NCBI GenBank assembly: GCA_009602735.1
Contig: WELA01000598.1
Span: 113,321-177,320, forward strand
DNA length: 64,000 nt
Source of the DNA: Mesotaenium endlicherianum
Taxonomy: Eukaryota
Direction: 5' to 3'
This document shows, in pieces, positions 12,803 through 24,617 of this stretch. Under the pieces are notes generated by a model. That model had not been told where the DNA came from, ran no database searches, and saw only the letters and a program-made list of their open reading frames with translations. The translations under genes were made by a program, and so were the position numbers. Position 1 is the stretch's first letter. Each line of letters starts with the position of its first letter.

Positions 12803-15800
12803 CTAAAAGTGGTTCAGCAGGAAGTGGTCATTTGTGTCCTCTTCATGAGTATGTTCTAGTTCCCCCTCTTTCAGACATTCACCCTCCTGGCAGTGGCTGT
12901 TATCTACACGGGTTTTGTGCTTGCACATCCTATGCACCCCGCACAATAGTGAGTCCCGCTCCCACTCTGTGTAAAGGTCTCTCCTGTTAAGCTTAGATCT
13001 ATCCAATACGTAAATAGGAATGGGATTCTCCCTCCAACAGTAGTGCTCCACCTGAATTGTGGAGATAACAACACTCATGGGTACAATTACCTCAGGACCG
13101 CCATAGCTTAAGACAGGATGGAGCGTGTCAGGGTCAAACTTTGGGATGTTCCTCCTCCCAATCACTCGCTTGAATGATCTCACCTTCGCCCACACATATG
13201 TAGACCCACTAGTGAGCTCGTGAGCAAACAACCCTGTGAGTGTGCCTATCCATACATCACCACCCTGCCGTGCCGTACCAATACCATGTAGACTACAGGC
13301 TACAGAAACATGGTCTCCAACCTTGAATGAACCATGCACATCTCCCTTCTGAGCTTGAGTGCACTCAAACGCCCAAGGGCGAACTCTATCCAATGGAAGC
13401 TTCATCCAAGGGCCCCTTGATGCAAAGAAGATGGTATTGTACAAGGTGTGTAAGGACTCCTTAGTCACTCCAAGATCATTCAAAGGTTTCCTACTCGCCA
13501 ACTTCTTGCTGCCTGTCCACCTGGTAATAAGAAAGAAACAATGACAAGTCACGGGTCAGTATACAGGGTGCAGAACCACGCTGCAGGCACCACCCACTTA
13601 CTCCAACTCTTTGCAAACACAAAGAAATAGCAAGAAATGAACAGTGGTACTGTGTATCATCCAAAATGAATGACAATTATAATGAGCAAGGTTGCTAATG
13701 CACAGTACTTATGTGTATACGCAATAGTACAGCAAATGCAGAAGAGCATAGCACCTGGAAACTTAAGACAGCATGCAGCTAACAATGATATTGATAACAA
13801 GCACCCAGAAGTATAATGTACACGAAGTATACTTCCTTGCTATGGCGCCGTAGGCCGTCTGATTCAACCTGTCCAGCTTGCACTGGTACAGCTCCTTCAC
13901 TTGTCCCTCGTCCTTAACCACCCACACAGTGGGTTCCAGGGGGGCTCCCTCAACAGCTGCCACCTTCTTCATGGTTTCACATCTTCTCACCATATCTACT
14001 AAGTCATCATCCATGCCTAACGCTCTTGTGAGCGCATAATCTGTCCCAGTCAGTATGTCTATCACGTTTGCTCTACCCACAGATTTCCTCAACAACCAAG
14101 GAGTAACAGGTTTGCAGTGCTTATTATTAAGCGATTGCATGTCTTCCTTCACATATTTATGCCGCCCCTCAAACTCTTGTGTCCACAGATGCTTCAAAGG
14201 ACCAAATATCCGCATGAAATATCCCAAATGCAGCAGAGCATGCAAGTTGTGGTTAGCAGCATATAGTTTCCCCAATCTACGCACTAGTGCATCGGGCTCT
14301 GGGGGCCAAGCTTGTACGAAGGACCGATGAAACTCAACAGCTAGCCGTTCTACCTCTTGTATATCATGCTCACTGGTATTAGATGCGAGTACTAATAAGA
14401 CTATCTGATTAAGCAAAGTCCATAGTTGCAGTGCTTCAGCCCTATCTGTGAAGGCCTGCGTATCATACCTGTAGTTGACCCTCTGGTGCCCAACTCTCAT
14501 CGATGGATCACACCATGGGCGTAACAAAAGAGGCATCACGGAGAGGAGACTAAGGAACATCATCCCCGGGTAGTTGGCATAATGAGTCATGGGGTCCTTA
14601 AGTTTATCTCTACCAGCTGGAACGTTCATGTTCACAGCAGCAATATTAAAAGCTTCTACCTCGTGGGGGTTCCAGCTGCACTTTTCAAACGTGTAGTGAC
14701 ATAGCTTCTTAATGAGGCCTAAGCATATAAGGTGAAATACATTAGGACCCATTTGTAGAAACCTATCAAAGTCTGGGAGAGCTTCAAGCGGGTTGGGTAT
14801 GCCATTGTGACCTTTTCCCTCCCAACCAGCCGCTAACGCTTCCCTGTCCTTGTCAATCAGCCCCTCTACTGCCCTATTAAAAGCTCTGGCACGCTCCTCG
14901 GTCCTCATCTCCCACCCTTGTGGTAACTCTGGTACAAGCAAGCCCTGCCTTCTAATATAGCAGCAAGGACAAGGGTAATTACTGTTGAGTCCTGTCAAAT
15001 GCAGACTCTTCATTCGCTGTGGTGAGTCCTGACTAAATGAAGGCTTCACCCTCACCAAACACTCTCCCTTCAAAGGAGCGAAATACATGTAAACTCCTCT
15101 GTGTAGACTTTCCAGATCACCTACAACTATATGCTGCATAACTTCATCTGATATGGCTTCATCATCTCCAAAGCCTATGACGCGTATGGTCTTTGTGTCA
15201 CGTATGACATCACTATGAAGGTTCTGTATGCGATAGTAATATCCACAAACACTCTTCCTTTTCCTTCTGTACACTCCAAAGTCATCTGCAAAGATACTAA
15301 TAGCCAAGTTTACTACAGGAAGGTTTCGAGGATTTTGGCCTTCCAGGACTTCCTCACGTGGAGCATCAAAGGCCCCAGCAGACAGACTGACAGGTAGTTG
15401 GAGTCCACTCTGTAGCTCCTAACTGCACCAGAACGTAAGAACCCCTTCAACGTTATACCCCTTGTCTAGGTGCGGACGTCTAGCTATTTTGTCAGTCACG
15501 ACATTGCAGACACCAATAACACAGCCTACGGCAACATCCCTGCACTCCTAAGTGAGGATGAGCTCACCATGATGTCTCTGGCCTTGAGCAGCTTTTGGGT
15601 ATTGCATTATTTGCACCTGAAGGTAAGGGTCGGGCATCTTTCCACGGCTGTCTGACCACAGGATGCCTCGCAAAATAGCAACCTCCTTTGTAACACCCAT
15701 GCCTGCGCAATGACGGTGAACAAAGAGGGGGCCGCAAGATGTGCAAAAACAAGTAAATAAGAGAGTGAGAAAGTGTTGGCAGGGAGGAAAAGAAAGAGCT

Positions 15801-17461
15801 AAAGGGGGCTGGAGAAAGTGCAGTGGCTAGAGCCCAAAACAAAAGTGCTAAGAAATGAGAAATCATGTAAAAGACAGGCAAAACAACACACGCAGATGTG
15901 AATATGGCAAATGCAGCAGGGAGAAGAGCATGGGCGCATAAATAGACCAACACATTACAGTAGGAGAAAGCAAACAAAAGGGGCGGAAGGAGACAAGGAA
16001 GGAAGAAGCATAGTAACAATCTTAAAAACGAGTGCATGCGACACAACAAAAAGGAAAAAATAATAGCAGGCGGATTGAAAAACGTAACAGGCGACATATG
16101 CCAAAAAAAGAGTTGGCCAACAGAGGAACAGGTACAAGTAGGCAGAGCCGACACAAGACAGATTGGAGAACCAACAAGGAGCATGAGAGAACGCTTTGAA
16201 GGAGGGAAAAAAAAAGGATCAAAGACATAAGACGTGAGGTGGCAGGGATTGATGAGGAGGAGCTCACCAGCAAGAAAAAGGAAGTCCCCCAGCTTAACAG
16301 AGATGCTCTCTCCATTCACCATTATGACACAGTTGTAGTCCATAAAGAAGGGGTCTTGGGTGACAAACCGAGAATTGTATATCCCAGTCACTTTGCCCCC
16401 TACTTTGAGCTCTGCCTTCCAGTGCAAGTCCATGCAAAATGTTTCATTTTGCAGATTCACCTGTAAGCTATGTGGAATACTCCGAGCAAATAATTGAGCC
16501 TTACTCGCCGGGAGGTTTGTTGTTGTGACACCTAAGAGTTGTATGACACTCCGTAACTTTGTGTGAACATCAGGATGACAATTTTTCCGGTGTTCATAGT
16601 CATACAAGCCACTATGAAATTTGATATTATGCCTAAACCACTTAGAGGTCTTGGTCCCATTGCCATGTAGCTCCTCTAAGGCATACTCACACAAGGTGGT
16701 AAGGTTCCCAAACATTCCAAACGAAGTGGAATCAGCACATAGGAGAAAAGACTTAATCTCTTTTGATGTCCACTGCTTTACAGAAGGTGCATGATCCCCA
16801 TCAAACCCATTACCTTCAACTCCATGACCCGCACTATTAGGCACACCCTGTGCATTGAGTGCCAGTGCCGCATCTGTACCACGTACTCCAACCACTTCTA
16901 CAATAAGAGGTTGTGAAAGAATTTGTCTCTCGTCCGTGTGCTCCTCACTGGCAACTACAACAGTTGCAGGTAATCGTGGGCTACCTGCAGGTGTCTGCGT
17001 GGGAGGAGATACATGATCCATGTCGTCACCCAAATCATCGCCTACATCAAACAGTTTGAAAAGTCAGAGATGAGTACATTTGCTGGTGAGTACCCCATGT
17101 TTTGTATTGACAGTTTAGCTATCAATCGCAACTCTCGGCATTCAATCACCTTGTAGCATGTTTTGTGACCACTTCATGGGCACAATGGAGTGCATGCAAT
17201 TAGATACGGGGCCTGTAAGGAACTCAGAGGTGGCAATACAGTACCTGCAGTGGGATCATCGAAGTCCATTGCCTGACGTACACGGTCACGGCCTGTTACC
17301 TCTCCTTCTTGCAGGGCCGTTGTCGTCCGCAACAGACTCTCATTTTGTGGTGAAGTAAAAGAGGGCCTTGCCCACACAGGTTTGCACTGATGCCTGTACA
17401 GAGTTCTGTGTACATACATATTTTCACAGTGAACACACTTAAACCTCTGAGGAGGAACCAT
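12803..17461 (-). pseudogene. CMC/EnSpm-type DDE transposase (~1192 codons, 4 exons) with two in-frame TAG stops
   Basis: join(17461-17245,17041-16268,15702-13833,13520-12803) is phase-consistent (3579 nt). Motifs: IFADDF (D), QDSPQ (D), CPCC, FHLICLG, NLHALLH and QEFEGRH (E), i.e. the CMC signature C(2)C / H / H(3-4)H. There is an N-terminal CxxC-x10-H-x-C finger. In-frame TAGs lie at 15548-15550 and 15419-15421. Confidence 0.85.
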
Positions 17462-18060
17462 TGTTTAGAATAATATAAATCATGGGTACGAATGAATAGG
17501 TACAGATATAGCTACTTCTATTATTAACGCATGATTTATAGAGCGAAGCACTAATGAACGCCTCAGTAATATGGTTCTAGGTAGGTTTGAGACGCCACTA
17601 GAATGTAGTATTGTTTCACCCGGGTTAATTGTGAAGGACGTTTAATTTGAAGGCAGGGGCAATTTGTGCTTTGTGCTTTCGATCATGTAGAGCTATATGT
17701 GCACTTGAAGAAGCCCTACGGTAATAGGTGGTACACAACTACCTGATAATTGCGTGGACCTAAGTAAGATCCACACGACGATGCGCTAGCGGTCCTGCGA
17801 ATGACCTGCGACGTCATTTTGGCAGTCGTAGGGCATACTCAAGATACTCGCAGCCCATTTGGTTCAATAAAAGGGCGTGGAGGCTGAATTTCCTTCCTTC
17901 GAGGTGGAGGGCAAAGTAACTGCCCGGTTTCGGCGCTAAGGTGGGCATATTCTCACGGTTGGGTTAGAAGTAGTGGGATTTTCGGCGGTCTGCTTGACCG
18001 AAATGTGTCATTTTGCCCGGCACGACCTTTCGAGAGCTGGGAATTACGCGCGCTGACCAA

Positions 18061-18087
18061 TTTTGCCCCTTGCCCATTCTCAGGGTG
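18061..18087 (-). repeat. right terminal inverted repeat of the CMC element
   Basis: ttttgccccttgcccattctcagggtg, followed by TG. Confidence 0.92.
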
Positions 18088-19789
18088 TGGAGCGTCGACA
18101 ATCCGGTGCATATATGTCAGGAAGCTTCTCGATCGTCATGCATTTGCAGTAAGATTGATCGATGTGTCATCGATTGAGCCGAATAATTTTTCGAAGGGTC
18201 AAACGCTTCGATCGGCAGGTGTGGTTGGGAGCAGCTTGGAAGTTTGGCGCAGAGCGAGGTAAGACATGTCATAGTAACAGTACAAGCGGAGCTCAATCCT
18301 TGATGCCCAAGGCAGACTTCGCGATGTGAGTTTAGCGCTTTTAGACCGCTAGGCTCCCAGTACCGTTGAAGTTATGCTTAAATTAGCGAGAACCGGCAAC
18401 TTCATCGCGACAGCTAGACGGTTGAACTATGATTTGAGCGTGAAGACTTTGACAAATTTTGCAACATTAAAATCGCCAAGGTATTTTCAAATTCATTCCA
18501 ATCATTTATCGCGAACATTCGGAAATATAAAGTTGGTCCAAGGGATGGAATTATAATCAGATGGAATGATGTGAAGTTTCGGCCTCTGTCGGTTGGGGTC
18601 GATCCGGGCTTATCTCTTTGTTCACATGGTAAAATATGGAGTTGACAGTACATCTGGTCTACAGCTTTGTCAGCCTTTGCATATGTTAGGCCTTGATTGA
18701 TAGCAGGCACACTGAGCATGCAAGGACTTGTGTCTTGTGTATATACAAGATTTGAGACCATTTTGGGGAATTGGAAGGAAACGACTTCTTTCAAAATTGT
18801 ATTCTTAGTGCATCATAGGTGTCGCCAGCCCCTTTTTACATGCCATCTATGGACCTAGAAGAAGAACTGTGGTGATCATTGGAGTAATGGGCAGTTGTGA
18901 GGGAGCGATAGCTACAGCTAGGGAAAAAACAAGGAAGAAAGATGGACCTGAACGAGTCTCCTCCTCTATAGCTGATATTGTCCCACCACCTGCCCCTGCT
19001 CCTTTCTCCCCTTCAGCTTTTGCCCTTGCCCCTTTGCCCTCCCCCCTCCTTCTGTCACCCTCTCCTCAGTTCCCTCCGCCTCGACCCATCTCCTTACTTC
19101 CAAAAGTGAAAAGCAGACTTGTGTTTAGAGTTCTCATGACAATTTCTACTGCACGTGCAAACTGCAGACTACAGATGCTGCCACGTACTTCCGGTAGAGC
19201 AAACAAAAGTCAATGGATGTCCTTGGGAGCATCATCTGAGGCTGTCAGCGCCCCCCCCTTGAGAATGTGCAGGCTATCCCCACGCCAAAGCGTCCTCAAT
19301 CCTGGTCTACAAACCCCTCTTCAGGACCATTTTGCCATACATATAGCCTTTTGTTCACGTACTTCATACAGTTCTTTGTCGCTTCACAGACACATGTGCT
19401 ATCACTTAGAGGAACTTTTCAACATTGCCTGTAGGGAATCAGTGCATCCCTAGGGTTTTACCATGTGACCCCTCATTGTCGGATTCTTGCGTATTGCAGA
19501 TGTATGTGAAAGCGAGGAAGGAAAGCACTTGTGGAGCTCTGTGGGGGGGTTCTTCCTTGATATTGGATGCACGTGTCAGTCAGCCATCGGTCCTCATGGG
19601 AGAACAGCACAGCAGTCTTAGCAGTGGAGTTCTCGCTCCTCCTCCAAGACACCTGGTACTGCTATTTTCCTCACTGGCAATCGCGTGTGAGCCTCACTTG
19701 CAGCAGCGGAGGGACTTTGCATTTTGAATACTCGATACCGGATTCATTTTCTTGACACTTGAAATGCTTGTGTGACATGCTGTTCTACT

Positions 19790-21722
19790 GAGAATTGACG
19801 ACGTGAAAGGGTGCTGGTGGGGGGCTTTTGACGCGGTTGGGTGCAGGCGGGGAGGGAAAACCCTCGGGGAAGGGGTGTGTGAGGGCCAGAAGGTCAGCTC
19901 CTGCTAGGGCCCAGCATCACGAGCAGTAGTAGGATGCGCGCTCCTCTTCTCTTTTGTCGCTGGGAGGTGAGTAGCTTCCGCAACCGTCCCAAATCCACAC
20001 AGAGTCCTGCCCTAGACCCCAACTCGGAACTTACAGTGGCGCCTGCTTGGGGGCGCGTCCCTCCCCAGGTGAAGGGGGCTTTCCTGGTTGGCATCGGGTT
20101 CGGCGCTTTTCTTTGCAAGGCACTTCACAGTCTGTCGGGGGGTCTTTGTAACACCTCCACCTCTTCCCCCTCTTAACTGCAAGGGGACGGCGTGGTGCCA
20201 GCTGGCAGCACCTGAGACGTCGCCCGGGGATTTGGCCCACCCTCACCACGAGGGCCCCGGTGGGGGCCTTAGAGGAGCACTGCGAGCGTGACTTATGACG
20301 GCTTTGGTGCTCTCAGGGCGAAATGAGGAGCAGGGGGGAGAATGTATGGGTGCGGGTGTGCGTGCTCGTCTACGAGCACCTGCAGATGGATCTGCGCTTC
20401 TACAGGCAGGTGTGAAGGGATGGGGGTTGGCGTTCCAACTTCCAGCTGCAGCTGGAGATAGGCTCTCAAGGGCAAGCTGCTCTGCTGTGGGGGGACGACA
20501 GCTCACAAGCCTTGTGCGCCGGGACAACGGGCGATGGTGCTGACATAGGGTGGAGGGGAAGCACCTGCAAGGTTCCTCTTTGTTATGAATGGTGGCTGTC
20601 TTTGAGTACGCCGATGATGCTGCGTGGGTCGGGCAACGGGTGAGACAGCTTCTCCCTCGACGTGCACGCTTGGGTGTTGCCTTTTCGCAGTTGGTGCAGT
20701 AGTCTGTAGATGGACCCAAGGGGGAAGAGCTTCCACGCAGGGAGTGCGATCGCGGGGCCACATCAAGTCCTAAACCGTGACCCCGCCTGCTGGTCCTGGT
20801 GTGCTGGCACCTGCCTTGCGCGTCCCCCTGCCACCCACTCACTCGGTCATCTCGGGTGCACAGCTGGTCCGGCATTTCCCACCGTGCTGCGCTTTGCGCG
20901 CAACCTGACATCACGTGCGGTCGCATGCTCACTCGTGCTCATTGAGACACAAGCATTAGGCAGAGGTGGTGTGAACAGGGCCCTGGCTTGCTTGCCATTG
21001 CCCTGGCTGGTGGGGTTGCCAGATGCACATGATCAATTCCCCCCCGCCCCTCCTCTGCGCTACCTCTCCAGTCCCTCCCTTTGATAAATCATGTCTGCCC
21101 TCTCCATATTTTTGCCTTTGTCCTACATGCTCTGGAGTCTGCTACCATGTGAGTATTGAGTGCCTTCATGTGAAAGGATACCGCCTTGTCTTTTATCCTT
21201 GGGGGAATGCTGCTGGCTAATGAATAAGTTCCCATTTTGCAGCAGTGCCAGGTGTCGGGCAGAAGCCCGACTTTCATCTCCATGTGCTCCAGGCCCCCCG
21301 TTGACCAGCCCGTTCTGTACGCTTCTGCGCCTGCGAGGAACCAACACGATGCTTTCTGTTCGTGCTGCTTTCCCCCTCACACACACCTGCCCCCTCTATT
21401 TCCCAACTTCCTCAGCACTCTCATTGCCGCTGTGGTGGTGCCAGCTGGCGGTCACGTGCAGCTGACGAGAGCATGGTGGTTCCGTCCATGTTGCCATTGC
21501 CGCGTCACGCCCACCTGCAGATGGCGACAGCTGCTGTCCTGATGACAGAGTGTGGGGGCAAAGCACAGTGTGAGCAATGATTGGCTCAACGTCCAGACAC
21601 CTGGCGCCGCTGTGAGCTGGATCTCTGCTAGCTGTGGGAAATGGGGAAATGCTCTTGACACCTGTCACCACGGAAGGCCTCGTCCACAGCCACAAGGCGC
21701 TCGCGTGTGCTTGCGTTGGTGT
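19790..21722 (+). repeat. ~1.9-kb degenerate segment, inverted copy of 43020-44790, with receptor-like-kinase-like fragments
   Basis: Long collinear similarity, e.g. 'ctcaacgtccagacacctggcgccgctgt' at ~21586 vs the reverse complement at ~43120-43150. Broken-frame fragments read CVLVYEHL and DVARG(L)AHL. Confidence 0.75.
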
Positions 21723-23621
21723 CTTTTTGTCTTCATTACAAAGTTTGATTGGCTCATTTTTGCTCTGACTAATTTGGCCAGCGCTACTGCTGCTGCTATG
21801 CTATTCTGTGCCGCTGTGCACTCTGGTCTATATGCTCGTGTGCTTCATGTGGGGCTGCGGGGTTGCGTGAAACCATGGATGTGAGGAGGGGCAGTCTGTC
21901 GAAGCTCGTCCTCCGTCACTGCTCTCTTGTAGACTGCGGCTTTCTCTCAGCAGCAGGCGCCACAGAAGATGAGGATGTGAGTTGTTTCTCTCCACTCTTC
22001 CTGTGACCTCTTGCCCCCTTACCCCCATATCCCCTCTACCCATAACCCAGAAAATGTATTTGGCAGCTTTTCAGCCCTAGTTTGCCCTAGGACCTAGGTT
22101 ACTGGATCTCTTGCACATCATTGCCTGAGTCAGCCCACAAGCTCACTTTTTCTCCAATGTTGCATCCTCCTCCTCCTCCTCCTCGCCCACTTCCTCCTCT
22201 TTTACTTCTGCTTCGTCCTGTTTTTCCTCCTCTTTTCGTTTCCCTGCTCTCCGCATTTCAACTTGATGTTTTACTCCACCGTTCAGCCTACGCCTCCTCC
22301 TCCACCACCCCCTCCTTCTGGGGCCAGCCCGTCCCTCAATGAGCATGCTTTTGTTTGTTGCTCCCTCAGCAAACTGCATGTGGATGGATGATGAATCACA
22401 GAAGTAGCCTGTGCTTGCAGGTCGGGTGTGCGTGCGCGAGTCGGCGGCTCCCTCCTACTCCTTCTCCTTCTCTAGGCCCTGGCCCTGCTTGCCTGCATCT
22501 GCGGCTCCCGCCTTGCCTTGCCTTCTTCCAGCCACACACTCGGTCAACATTGAGGCCGCTGACATGGCACATTCTGGAGTGTTTGCCATCTCACCCCTCC
22601 CTGAAGTCGCACGCGTGGAAGATAATACGTTATGTCTTCTACTTCTATTGCTCTGTTGGGTCTTTTGTGCTCGCTGCTGCTTGATCAATGGATGCACTCT
22701 TTTCTTGCAGTTGGGCCAGCTGGCACACCCAATCGGAGCTCAAAACTCCATGGAGTCTGCTGCTCCAGGTACAAAATTCTGTCTGGAAACCCAAAACCTG
22801 TAGACTTAACTTTACAGAGATGTTTGCCTTAATCGGTTCTCTGCTGATCACCCTGGGTCCGAACGAGACGCGTTCAGCACCCGCAGGTCCTTAACAGACA
22901 CCCTTGTTCTCTGCAGTGGTGCGATGGTGCCAGCTGGCAGGCTCGCGGATGACCTCATTGTGCCTAGTTTATGGGCGCGTGACGACCTGTGTTGTGTGAT
23001 GACGTATACACACACACGCATGCACATCTTTCTCTTTCTGGGCCTATCAATTCTTTTCTCCCTTCCACACACACGGTGGGTCAAATGCGCCCAATGGCCA
23101 GAGACGTTGCCACGTGGCACCCTCCTTTATAACCCCTACTGAGTTCCATGTCTTCAAATTTGGGTCTGCATGCAGTCCTTGGGGCGCACCCTCGGGTATC
23201 GACTCTGTTTGCATCGCGCAGAGGAGCGAGCGAGAGGGCTCTGAAAAACCCTGTCCCCTTGTGTGACGGCTTCCGTCATTGGATGTCCACCTACCTGCCC
23301 CCCCCTCTCCCCTTGTGGCCTCTCTGCCTGCTATGGTCTTCGCACACGTCTGCGGTTCCTTGCTTTCATGCAGGGTTACGCCGTTCGCTTGTTCGCTTAG
23401 TTCGCCAAGTGCGCAAGTTCGCTTAGTACGGTGTTCAAGAAAAGGCTTAGTTCGCCTAGTGCGCCAAGTCACGACGGCGTCGACGTCATGTAGCTCCGAC
23501 GTCGACGTCCCATGTCAGTGGCACATGTAAAAGTACTACGTCGTGTTTGACGGTTTTTCCCGTTGAGAATGGTTAGGTTTTTTTTTCAATACGCTATCGG
23601 AAGTCTTCGTTGCCCGCTGTG

Positions 23622-23793
23622 CAGCGACGAGTCTCGAAAAAAAGATTTTATTCATGACATTCACTCCGGACGTAAGCGGATGGGAGTGAACTTTTGCCAC
23701 TGGTTCCAGCGGCGAGTCTCGAAAAAGAGATTTTATTCATGACATTCACTCCGGACGCAAGCGGATGGGTGTGAACTTTCGCCACTGGTTCCA
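23622..23793. repeat. two-copy ~85-bp tandem duplication in the hAT subterminal region
   Basis: 'cagcg(a/g)cgagtctcgaaaaa..gattttattcatgacattcactccggacg..agcggatggg..gtgaacttt..gccactggttccag' occurs twice. Confidence 0.9.
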
Positions 23794-24617
23794 GGGGGTG
23801 TTGACATACCAAAGTGCCACACAGAATTCTACGGCTCATTGTCTTTGATTTAACGAAATTAGCAAAGCTGCGGCACATAGTAATTTTGTTTGACAAAAAC
23901 TGCTGCTGTTGTCTGACGAGATTGGGCGCCAATGATGCAAGAAGACGGGCTTGAACCCCCGCCTCCGGCTGCGGGTAGCGCAGCGTTACCAAAGGGCCAT
24001 AAAGTACTCCACATCAATAAGGCGGTTCAATNCATAAGGCGGTTCAATGTCTTAGATTCTTTTAAAAAGACTTGGAAGGAAAAATGGGAGGGGAAATTGG
24101 GGGGGCCGCTTAGCAGCACCTTTTTTGTTACTTTTTAACGACTTGATTAATTCAGACATAAGATGTAAGAGTACCTCTTCATCACATCTGAGACTAAACA
24201 GGTTTAGTAAAGCTTATCAAATCACTGACACTCGTAATCAACAAACACATAAGAATTAAGTACTTATTTATTGCCTCTTTATGTGAAAATAGGCAATTTA
24301 TACTTAGCGAAAAAAAGTGTAAGAAAACACTGGGAGGGCTGCTTAGCAGAGCCTGTTTTTAGTACTTCTTTATATAATTAATTACTTCATACAGAAGGCT
24401 TAGGAGGATAAATTCTTCTTCATCGAGTATAATAAGCTTCAATAAACAAGTGTGAAAAAGATTAAGCTTCTTAACAAGCCTGTATAAGAAGTAGAAAGTA
24501 CTTATAAATGCGACATTTAAGAGTGAGCAAAGGCTCAGTAAGAAAAAGTGAGTTTGACAACAATCCTAAGTACAAGCTAAGTCTAAGTACAAGCTACCTG
24601 ACAAACAATTCCACTAT

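Larger units (their letters stand above)
207..18087 (-). mobile_element. ~17.9-kb CMC-superfamily (CACTA/EnSpm-like) DNA transposon with accessory genes
   Basis: Left TIR CACCCTGAGAATGGGCAAGGGGC at 207-229 is the exact reverse complement of 18065-18087, and the match continues with one mismatch into AAA. Both ends are flanked by TG (205-206 and 18088-18089), a 2-bp TSD. A CMC-type transposase gene starts about 630 bp inside the right TIR. Caveat: two scaffold gaps lie inside the element. Confidence 0.88.

Noticed and set aside
18414..19453. ORFs just outside the right TIR
   Set aside because: No recognisable motifs or consistent exon structure, so they cannot be supported as genes
24016..24050. 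Short direct repeat ataaggcggttcaat around the N at 24032
   Set aside because: Typical overlap artefact at a contig join
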